This document shows positions 22,710 through 34,700 of a stretch of 64,000 nt of DNA, in pieces (position 1 is the stretch's first letter; each line of letters opens with the position of its first letter). The position numbers and the translations under genes are program-made. Below the pieces are notes generated by a model that saw only the letters and a list, made by a program, of their open reading frames with translations, ran no database searches and was not told the origin of the DNA. This DNA is from Lingula anatina (lineage: Eukaryota > Animalia > Brachiopoda), in NCBI GenBank assembly GCA_051362555.1, contig CM120648.1:11466587-11530586 (forward strand), in the 5' to 3' direction.

Positions 22710-25700
22710 CTATAAGGTCTCCACTGGTCTATGTACTGTGGCCTGGAAAGAGAATACCAAAGTCGTCAGTATGGTCACAGAGTGTTCGGCTACTTAATTT
22801 GCTTATACTGGTAACAATGAATCTATTTTATCTTAATATTTATAACAATGCAAACCTTAAACATAATCACAGTTGTCAATTGCAACGGTGGGGATCAGTT
22901 GCAATAATTGACGTATTACGTATATCAATTTGACAAGTATCTCAAACAGTGCAGTGCATGTTGTACTATACTTGAGGAATTACTAACCAAACACACAACT
23001 ACCTGCACAAGGATTTGGAGTTGCATTATATCTAAAATCTGAGTGATCTGACACCCACCACACAGAATTAAAGATATATTAAAGACACGCAGAAAACTTT
23101 TCAGAATGGGCGGACATTTGGACCAGCAGTAATGAAAAACTTACCGGACCGAATGGATTTTTGTCGGACCAAAAATCGGTAGCTTATTTTGTTTGTGAAT
23201 GTGATAGGTTTGAAATGGAGGGGAAAAACGCTTTGGGTTTCATATAATTTTATTAGTGAAGTATGTCGAATGATGACTGTAAATTCAAAATTGTGGTTCT
23301 TAAAACTCTTGTTGGTCCTTTGGACCGACCAAGTCCAATTTTTTACCAGCCCAGACAAATTTTCCCGGTTATGACCGATGGGACCGACAGTTTCAGCATG
23401 TCTGATATTAGAGATATTGATTCTTCTTACCCACTTTCTGACTTACCCCCCCTCCCCTTTGAGAGTTAGGAGATATAAATAACTTACAACCATTCTTGAT
23501 GAGCCTCCCCCCCCCCCCCAGGGCCACGCATCCATCCACCGTTTTAGATAATAACCAATACTTCCTATGCATTTTTGATTGACATCTCACCCCTCCCCCT
23601 TATAAACTACTTTATATTCATGATCAACATTCCAGATGACCTCCTCCCCCCTCCCTCTCCACAGGCCTGAAAACAATTACTTACACTCCACTTCAGAGGC
23701 TGGTCATCAGCCTTAAGAATACACTGGACATGAGTGAAGATGGTCACTTTCTGAGTGACCTCCCTGGGATGGTCATCATCTGGGGCCCACACCAGGGTCA
23801 GCTCAGGACATTTACGGACCTTCTGGTAGGAGAAACTGCTCAGGGGAAGTTTCTGGAAACACGAAGCAATACTCTTTATCATATAAAAAGATGTACTCAG
23901 TTTGCACATCAGCAATGAAACTGTTCAAAAGAAGAATTACATTACAATTATATACATATAATTTAAAGTGACTGAAAAAGTTAGTGAAGGAAAGCACTAA
24001 ATACACATACACCAAGGGCAGATCGAGAGACAATATCTGAGTCTTCCAAATTATCTTTGATCCATCCTCCATTTTTGATCATCTTCCAACAGAAAAAATT
24101 AGATCGCCATCAATGTTAACTTCAAAAATTCTGACTATCTACCAGAATACACCTTCCATCTTCCCCTACAGACAAGCATAGATAAAGTGTCCACTTTTGT
24201 ACTCACATCACAGTACACTCTCTTTACCACTCCCAGCTTTAGCACCAAAACATCAAAACCCTTGTCCAGGACCCCCATCACCATCCCTTGTTCCTCAAGT
24301 GGACCACACTCCTGGAAATAGTAAGGTAAGACAAATTCATATATATCTCATCTCTTGTTCCTCCAGAGGGCCAAATTCCTGGAAGACATAAAGTAAGACA
24401 AAGTCAGATATATCCTATAACTTGTTCTTCTAGTGGACCACACTCCTGAGAGAGAAATAAGGTAACACTTAAATCAACTTTTACTCCACTCTTGTGATAT
24501 GTCCTATCCATTGGTAATGACATTTAGTAACCCTTTTGAGCTAAAAAAAGAAAATGATACATGACAAAGTATATCTGTACAGTGGAAACCTGTTAAAAAA
24601 ACTAAAAAACACTTTACAATGGCGTTCTTCTTCAATCTCATTTGCCATTGGCTGCATAAGAGGACAAGAAAAATACCCTTGGAATAATGATACCTAATAT
24701 ACACTAAACAGAACATATTTTCCAATTCCAATTTAAGATAAACTGGCTATTCTCACCTTGACAAATATGGCAAAGAACATGTCACTGCTGAGCTCCTGGA
24801 CCTGTTTGGAAGCATTCTTCCTGTCATTGCAGTGCTCTGCCTGTCTCTGTATGGACTCCTTGGACTTCCTGGGAGGGTCACAGTAACCTGGAATATAGTG
24901 TTCTGGTGATAAAAAGGTGCTGGTTTAACATAGTACTTTGGCATGTAAGTAGCATTAAGACAATATCAAACACTAAAGGAGCAGTTTGCACTACAACACC
25001 CAGCAATTTGTTTGCTATTACACTTAGTAACCCAAACCGGCCCCCAGCAGTCTCTGTGGTATGACAAAGAACACTTACCAAGACAGGCCCCCAGCAGTCT
25101 GACATAGGACACATACTGAGGCAAACTGAAAGCAGTATGACATAGAACACTTACCCAGACAGTCACCCAGCAGTCCGACATAGAACACTTACCCAGACAG
25201 GCACCCAGCAATCTGTGCACAATGACATCAGCATATCTCCTGATTGGGGAGGTGAAGTGAGTGTAGAGAGGAACACTGAGGGCATAGTGTCTGAATGCGT
25301 CCTCATCATCAATACAGCCAGTGCAGAAATAACGGGCAGTCTGAAACACATGGTGGAAGGGAAATGTTTCACTCATTTCATTGATTATTGCTTTAACATC
25401 TTAGGCTCCGTTCACATAGAAATCTATTATCTAAAAATCTAAAAGTCTATTTGCAGTATATTGTGATCACGGTCTGTGCCTTGAATACCCCATGGCCAGT
25501 TATTTCCAAAGCTGTAATTAATTCTCTGCGCTGCCAATAATTACTCCCCGAGGTATCCAGGGCACAGACCATGATCACAAAATACCGAAAATAGATTTTT
25601 AGATTTTTAGAAAATAGATTTCCATGTGAACAGAGCCTTACTCTCTCTCTCTCTCTCATTTAGAATTTGATGTCAAAAATATAGTAAACTGAGATAGAAA

Positions 25701-28700
25701 TGTTAATATGTTGACAATTATAACAGTATCCATTCAAAATGTCTATTAAGTGCTTACCCATACCTGTCCACAGAAAAATCTCTGCCCCCTAATCCCCCTC
25801 CCACCCCTCCAAGACAGAACTTTCCTTACGATCACTAATTTAATTAGTGTTATACATGTAACTTTCCCCTAACCCACCCTAGCCATGTTGTATATACACA
25901 CAGCACACACAATTACTCTTACTGACACACACACACACATACATACATACACATTCTTACTCTAATTCACTAACACACACACATGCACCCCTGTGCACGC
26001 GAGCATACACACACACACACACACACACACACCAGTACCCACCTGCATTGGCTTAGAGCAGAGGACAGTGAGTATCTGTGTTTTGGCCTTGGACCAGATA
26101 TCATCATCACAGTACGCTGCCAGGGACTCCTGCAGGGCCCCTGAACTACTGGCATCTATGGGGATGCCCATGTTACTGCAGAGCTCCACCTGAAATCAAA
26201 GTTTACAGAACTAAAATATCAAATTATAATTTGTGTTCTTGTAAGAATTATCAGACACAGCCTCTCAGTTATCAATAAACCAAGTGAGTAGGACATACCA
26301 AAGATTACCCCTCTCACAGAAATTTTCAATGATAAACTTTAATGATATTCAATTCTACTATAGAATGCATTTCAGAATGAGAATGTTACTGCACAGCTCA
26401 GCCTGAAATAAGTTTAAAACGCATGGTATATTAATCAAGTGTGTTTTCTTATGGCATTTCACATATATTAAAGAAAATATTTCTGTATGGGAAAGTCCAC
26501 GTTACAGCAGAGCACAATCTAAAATCAGAACCTAAAATGTCAACTGCAGAGCATGACCTAAAATCAGAATTTTTTTACTAAGGTTAAATGGTCACATCTT
26601 ACCCAATCAGATACAGTGTTACAGCACTCTCATAGAATTCTTAGTCAACAATGCCTGGGAACTGACTCAAGTCTTTTTGTATATGAAACTGGAGCAAGTA
26701 CCTACCAGATCATTCACCATCTTCGTCTGTGGTGGGGGATGGCGTCTAAGCAGAGATTTCTCGGGATAGCTGCCGTATATCTTGTGCGCTACAGCCATGT
26801 TGGCGAGCAACATAAACTCCTCTATCAGTCTGGAGAGAGAAAATCATGTTAGGAGCATAGATCTTGTTTTAAGACAATGTCAAGTTGGTCCCACAGTTCA
26901 GTCTGTATAACATATTCTTTTATCAAAATGGTATGTCTTTATACTATATAAATCACAAATGTATAGCAGTGCTATCCTATAGTTGCAATTCATTGTATTA
27001 TGTCTTGTTTTGTTTAGTATTGTATTTTATTGCACTGCCTTGTTTTGTTTTATTGTGTTGCACTTCATTGTATTGTATTGTATTGTATTGTATTGTATTG
27101 TATTGTATTGTATTGTATTGTATTGTATTGTTATGTGATGCCTTGTATTGTACCTGTTGCTGTCTTTCTGCTGATAAACAGAGTAGCCACAGGGCAGTCC
27201 GGTCTCTTTATCCAGGACATACTGTAGCTTGACCTGGTCAAGGCGGAGAGCACCATTATCAAACCGCCTGCGCCTCAGATTTACAGCCATCTGATATCAA
27301 AGATGAAAAGGAAAGTGTTATTATTGTTAAAATTATTAGGATAGTGAGTTTATATAATAAAAGCAGCCTTGTTTGGCCAAATCACGAACAATCGATAGTC
27401 TTTGTAGCCTTCTCTCTTGTTATGAATGGGACTTTATAAGTTTGTGGTACACTGGGACGGAGGAGACATAAATAATAAGTGTGTTTTTTATTATGTTTCA
27501 TTGCTGAATGTGAGCATTGGTTCAAAGATGTGGTATAAAAATCTTCACTGTTAACTGTGTGCATTTTTATGTTTAACTAGAAGCAGTTTTACTGAAATAG
27601 CCCACAGAGCAAAGGCCCTGTGTAGCAAAAGAGTCCAAAACTTGACTATCAGTGTCATAGAATTTCTCTTTTAAAGAACTTCTCTCTTTATATTAAAGTC
27701 TTTTCAAGCAGTAAGTACAAAGGAAAACTTTTTGGCAAATAAGGAAAAAGTTGGAAGCCACCCACTTTCTGTAAATCCAGGACTTTCTGTTTGATCTGGT
27801 CTATTGTAAAACCCTCACTGATTGGTGGAAACTCCTCCAAGGTCCACTTCCTGTCTGGTTCCTCTATAAAACCCTGGAACAAAATATATGTCATATGTAT
27901 GTTTCATTCATTTCCATACGAGTTCTTTCTTAAATGAGTATGACCAAACAACTTCAATAAACAAATACATAACAAACTAGAGGATCAGAGAGGCGATACC
28001 GCCTCCGGATATTGTACCACCAGCTGGAGTAAGCGCATTCGTATGGACCCCCCCCTCCAAAAAGGGACACCATCACCAGTCTTGTGCTTGACAAGCTCTA
28101 TAAAATGCAATCAAAAGGAGTTCTCAAAATATACAAAAAAATTTAATTAAAAATGGTCAGTATATGACTTTCTATTCAACTTCAATAGTAACTATGGACC
28201 TATCTCTGCCAGTTTTGGAGATATAAGGGACTAAATGTTATAATTTTGCAGTTACCATAATGTGCCATAAATTTCCTACAGCAAAAATTAATCAAAATAA
28301 AGAAAAGGTCATTTTGGTCAAAATTCTTGAAATGGGAGGTGCTCTGAAGTTCCAGAAGTTCTAATTTGATGAAATAATGTCATTTTTGACCACAAGTTGC
28401 CTGCTTTGCCAAGCCTTATGTTTTATTTTTCCAGAGTTCAAAATTTATTATCCATTACCGTACTGCACATTTTGCTTTCACCACCAATATGTACTTTTTG
28501 ATACAGTGTAAATTTGGAGATAAAAGGGAAGCAAAATTTGCAAAGTTCAGTTCATGGTGAAAAGTAGATCAAAGGTCAATTTCAAGGTCACATTCAGATT
28601 GCCAGTATGACTTCCTATTCAATACAACAGTAACTATGGACCTATCTCTGCCAGTTTTGGAGATAAAAGGGAAGCAAAATTTGCAAAGTTCAGTTCATGG

Positions 28701-31700
28701 TGAAAAGTAGGTCAAAGGTCAATTTCAAGGTCACAGTAAGATTGCCAGTATATGACTTCCTATTCAACCTCAATAGTAACTATGGACCTATCTCTGCCAG
28801 TTTTGGAGATATAAGGGACTAAATGTTATAATTTTGGAGTTACCATAATGTGCCATAAATTTCCTACAGAAAAAATTAATCAAAATAAAGAAAAGGTCAT
28901 TTTGGTCAAAATTCTTGAAATGGGAGGTGCTCTGAAGTTCCAGAAGTTCTAATTTGATGAAATAATGTCATTTTTGACCACAAGTTGCCTGCTTTGCCAA
29001 GCCTTATGTTTTGTTTTTCTGGAGTTCAAAATTAATTATCCATTACCGTACTGCACATTTTGCTTTCACCACCAATATGTACTTTTTGATACAGCGTAAA
29101 TTTGGAGATAAAAAGGAAGCAAAATTTACAAAGTTCAGTTCATGGTGAAAAGTAGGTCAAAGGTCAATTTTAAGGTCACATTTAGATTGCCAGTATATGA
29201 CTTCCTATTCAACTTCAATAGTAACTATGGACCTATCTCTGCCAGTTTTGGAGATAAAAGGGAAGCAAAATTTGCAAAGTTCAATTCATGGTGAAAAGTG
29301 GGTTAAAGGTCAATTTGAAGGTCACAGTAAGATTGCCGGTATATGACTTCCTATTCAATACAATAGTAACTATGGACCTATCTCTGCCAGTTTTGGAGAT
29401 AAAAGGGAAGCAAAATTTGCAAAATTCAATTTATGGTGAAAAGTAGGTCAAAGGTCAATTTCAAGGTCACATTTAGATTGCCAGTATATGACTTCCTATT
29501 CAACTTCAATAGTAACTATGGACCTATCTCTGCCAGTTTTGGAGATAAAAGGGAAGCAAAATTTGCAAAGTTCAATTCATGGTGAAAAGTAGGTCAAAGG
29601 TCAATTTGAAGGTCACAGTAAGATTGCCAGTATATGACTTCCTATTCAACTTCAATAGAAACTATGGACCTATCTCTGCCAGTTTTGGAGATAAAAGGGA
29701 AGCAAAATTTGCAAAGTTCAGTTCATGATGAAAAGTAGGTCAAAGGTCAATTTCAAGGTCACAGTAAGATTGCCAGTATATGACGACCTATTCAAGTTCA
29801 ATAGTAATTATGGACCTATCTCTGCCAGTTTTGGAGATAAAAGGGAAGCAAAATTTGCAAAGTTCAGTTCAAGGTTAAAAGTACGTCAAAGGTCAATTTC
29901 AAGGTCACATTTAGATTGTCAGTATATGACTTCATATTCAAGTTCAATAGAAACTATGGACCTATCTCTGCCAGTTTTGGAGATAAAAGGGAAGCAAAAT
30001 TTGCAAAGTTCAATTCATGGTGAAAAGTAGGTCAAAGGTCAATTTCAAGGTCACATTTAGATTGCCAGTATATGACTTCCTATTCAACTTCAATAGTAAC
30101 TATGGACCTATCTCTGCCAGTTTTGGAGATAAAAGGGAAGCAAAATTTGCAAAGTTCAATTTATGGTGAAAAGTAGGTCGAAGGTCAATTTCAAGGTCAC
30201 ATTTAGATTGCCAGTATATGACTTCCTATTCAACTTCAATAGTAACTATGGACCTATCTCTGCCAGTTTTGGAGATAAAAGGGAAGCAAAATTTGCAAAG
30301 TTCAGTTCATGGTGAAAAGTAGGTCAAAGGTCAATTTCAAGGTCACAGTAAGATTGCCAGTATATGACTTCCTATTCAACTTCAATAGTAACTATGGACC
30401 TATCTCTGCCAGTTTTGGAGATATAAGGGACTAAATGTTATAATTTTGGAATTACCTTAATGTGCCATAAATTTCCTACAGCAAAAATTAATTAAAATAA
30501 AGAAAAGGTCATTTTGGTCAAAATTCTTGAAATGGGAGGTGCTCTGAAGTTCCAGAAGTTCAAATTTGATGAAATAATGTCATTTTTGACCACAAGTTGT
30601 CTGCTTTGCCAAGCCTTATGTTTTATTTTTCCAGAGTTCAAAATTTATTATCCATTACCGTACTGCACATTTTGCTTTCACCACCAATATGTACTTTCTG
30701 ATACAGCATAACTTGAAAACCGTACAGAATACAAAAAAACGGAGACCACCTCCAGTGTTGGGCTTTACATGCTCTACAAAATGCAAAAAAGAATGGGTCT
30801 CTAGCATTAACGGTTCCCGAATTAGAGACAGTTTTCAGTTTCGCCATCTTATGGCCGCTACTCCGGTGAAAATGCACTGATTGACCCCAAATTCACGGAG
30901 ATGAAGGATGACCTGAAGGGTAACACTTTCCAATAATATTATTGGTTAAGTCTGTGTGGTGTCTGAATAACAGGGCAAAAAAAAATTTTTTCGTAAAAAA
31001 TTTAATTTTTTTGAAAATTTTGGCCCGTTTGACCTTGAAGTAAAGGTCAAAGGTCAAATCCAAGGGCATATTTGAAATCTACACATATGACTTTTGGAAA
31101 GCCGTCTGTAGAAATTTTTCCCATAACCCCTTCCGTAGGGTAGATAATTAGCATTTAATTTTGCCATTTTTGGACAAGGGTGCATTTCAATGAGTGCCAC
31201 ACCCAGACCCCAATACCGACAAAGCCCAAATTTTACGTGGAACGAGTTGAGATTATAGGTGACCTAAATCCAAGAGATGGGTACGGGGGGCCTTACCGCC
31301 TAGGAGGAGAAGCGGTAACGGTAGCCGTCCGGCGGAGCCGGCGGAACGATCCGGACGGGACCGAAACCATGTGTACCGCCAGCGCTAACGCTGGTGGTAC
31401 AATAAGTTACACTGACGTTTAATTAAATCATTGTCTATGTTCAATTTCATATCAATACATATGTATTTTCAAATGTGTTTCAGAAATCCCCACTGTGATT
31501 TTGGCAACTTGACAAAAAATTCATATTGCTTAGGTACTGATAAATGAACAGCTAAAAAAGTTAGCTACAGGAGAGTTACAATCATACTGGCTCTCAATTA
31601 AATGCATTGATATACAAAGTGTACATTATAATACTTAACACTGTGACATTATTAGGGCATGGTAGCTGGTGCACAAGTTTTATCAATGTTGTAAAATGTA

Positions 31701-34700
31701 GGAATGGTTTGCATATTTACCTGAGCATGCTCATAGCTAAGCTTTACACAGGACCTGATGATTGACCTTCCAAACTTTTCATCAAGAATCTTAAATTAAA
31801 AAGAGAACTAGAGGATCAGAGAGGCGATACCGCCTCCGAATATTGTACCACCAGCTGGAGCAAGCGCATTCGTATAGACCCCCACATACACAAAATAAGG
31901 GGTGCAGCCACCAGTCTTGTGCTTGACAAGCTGTAAAAATGCAATCAACAAGAATTTTCAAAATATGCAAAAAATATATATAACTAAAAATGGTGCAATC
32001 AAAGTTAAGTTCATTGTAAGGTAGGTCAAAGGTCAATTTCAAGGTCACAGTAAATTGCCAGTATATGACTTCCTATCCAACTTCAATAGTAACTATGGAC
32101 CTATCTCTGCCAGTTTTGGAGATAAAAGGGAAGCAAAATTTGCAAAGTTCAGTTCATGGTGAAAAGTAGGTCAAAGGTCAATTTCAAGGTCACAGTAAGA
32201 TTGCCAGTATATGACTTCCTATTCAACTTCAATAGTAACTATGGACCTATCTCTGCCAGTTTTGGAGATAAAAGGGAAGCAAAATTTGCAAAGTTCAGTT
32301 CATGGTGAAAAGTAGGTCAAAGGTCAATTTCAAGGTCACATTTAGATTGCCAGTATATGACTTCCTATTCAACTTCAATAGTAACTATGGACCTATCTCT
32401 GCCAGTTTTGGAGATAAAAGGGAAGCAAAATTTGCAAAGTTCAGTTCATGGTGAAAAGAAGGTCAAAGGTCAATTTCAAGGTCACAGTAAAATTGCCAGT
32501 ATATGACTTCCTATGCAAGTTCAATAGTAACTATGGACCTATCTCTGCCAGTTTTGGAGATAAAAGGGAAGCAAATTTTGCAAAGTTCAGTTCATGGTGA
32601 TAAGTAGGTCAAAGGTCAATTTCAAGGTCACAGTAAGATTGCCAGTATATGACTTCCTATTCAACTTCAATAGTAACTATGGACCTATCTCTGCCAGTTT
32701 TGGAGATAAAAGGGAAGCAAAATTTGCAAAGTTCAGTTCATGGTGAAAAGTAGGTCAAAGGTCAATGTCAAGGTCACAGTAAGATTGCCAGTATATGACT
32801 TCCTATTCAACTTCAATAGTAACTATGGACCTATCTCTGCCAGTTTTGGAGATATAAGGGACTAAATGTTATAATTTTGGAGTTACCATAATGTGCCATA
32901 AATTTCCTACAGAAAAAATTAATTAAAATAAAGAAAAGGTCATTTTGGTCAAAGTTCTTGAAATGGGAGGTTCTCTGAAGTTGCAGAAGTTTAAATTTGA
33001 TAAAATAATGTCATTTTTGACCACAAGTTGTCTGCTTTGCCAAGCATTATGTTTTATTTTTCCGGAGTTCAAAATTTATTATCCATTACCGTACTGCACA
33101 TTTTTACGGAAGCCGACTGGTGTCATATGTTGAAAAAAAAAATTATCTCGAAATTTCGAGATAGCATTTTTTTTGTTTAAATTTCAAAATACTATCTCGA
33201 AATTTCGAGATAAATTTTTTTGCTCAAATATCAAAATGCTATCTCGAAATTTCGAGATAATTTTTTTTTTGTTCAAATTTCAAAATGCTATCTCGAAATT
33301 TCGAGATAAAAATTTTTTTTGTTCAAATTTCAAAATAGTATCTCGAAATTTCGAGATAATTTTTTTTTCTACATATGGCACCAGTCGGCTTCCGTACATT
33401 TTCCTTTCACCACCAATATGTACTTTCTGATACAGCGTAACTCGAAAACCGTATGGAATACAAAAAAACCGAGACCACCTCCAGTGTTGGGCTTTACATG
33501 CTCTACAAAATGAATGAAAAAGAATGGGTCTCTAGCATTAACGGTTCCCGAATTAGAGACAGTTTTCAGTTTCGGTATCTTATGGCCGCTACTCCTGTGA
33601 AAATGCACCGATTGACCCCAAATTCACGGAGATGAAAGATGACCTGAAGGGTAACACTTTCCAATAATATTATTGGTTAAGTCTGTGTGGCGTCTGAATA
33701 ACAGGGCAAAAAATTTTTTTTTCATAAAAAATTTCATTTTTTTGAAAATTTTGACCCATTTGACCTTGAAGTAAAGGTCAAAGGTCAAATCCGAGGGTAT
33801 ATTTGAAATCTACACATATGACTTTTGGAAAGCCGTCTATAGAAATTTTTCCCGTAACTCCTTCTGTAGGGTAGATAATTAGCATTTAATTTTGCCATTT
33901 TTAGACAAGGGTGCATTGCAATGAGTGCCACACCCAGACCCCAATACCGACAAAGCCCAAATTTTACGTGGAACGAGTTGAGATTATAGGTGACCTAAAT
34001 CCATGAGATGGGTACGGGGGCCCTTACCGTCTAGGAGGAGAAGCGGTAACGGTAACATGGCGGCGGAGCCGGCGGAACGGACCGGACGGGACCGAAACCA
34101 TGTGTACCGCCAGCGCTAACGCTGGTGGTAAATTTTTTTGTTCAAATTTCAAAATAGTATCTCGAAATTTCGAGATAATTTTTTTTTCTACATATGGCAC
34201 CAGTGGGCTTCCGTACATTTTCCTTTCACCACCAATATGTACTTTTTGATACAGCGTAACTCGAAAACCGTATGGAATACAAAAAAACCGAGACCACCTC
34301 CAGTGTTGGGCTTTACATGCTCTACAAAATGCAAAAAAGAATGGGTCTCTAGCATTAACGGTTCCCGAATTAGAGACAGTTTTCAGTTTCGGTATCTTAT
34401 GGCCGCTACTCCTGTGAAAATGCACCGATTGACCCCAAATTCACGGAGATGAAAGATGACCTGAAGGGTAACACTTTCCAATAATATTATTGGTTAAGTC
34501 TGTGTGGTGTCTGAATAACAGGGCAAAAAATTTTTTTTTCGTAAAAAATTTCATTTTTTTGAAAATTTTGGCCCATTTGACCTTGAAGTAAAGGTCAAAG
34601 GTCAAATCCGAGGGTATATTTGAAATCTACACATATGACTTTTGGAAAGCCGTCTGTAGAAATTTTTCCCGTAACTCCTTCCGTAGGGTAGATAATTAGC

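Noticed and set aside
33140-33360. CRISPR-like array of palindromic repeats
   Set aside because: Eukaryotic context, spacers are similar to each other, it lies inside a TIR/TSD-bounded MITE, and there are no cas genes.
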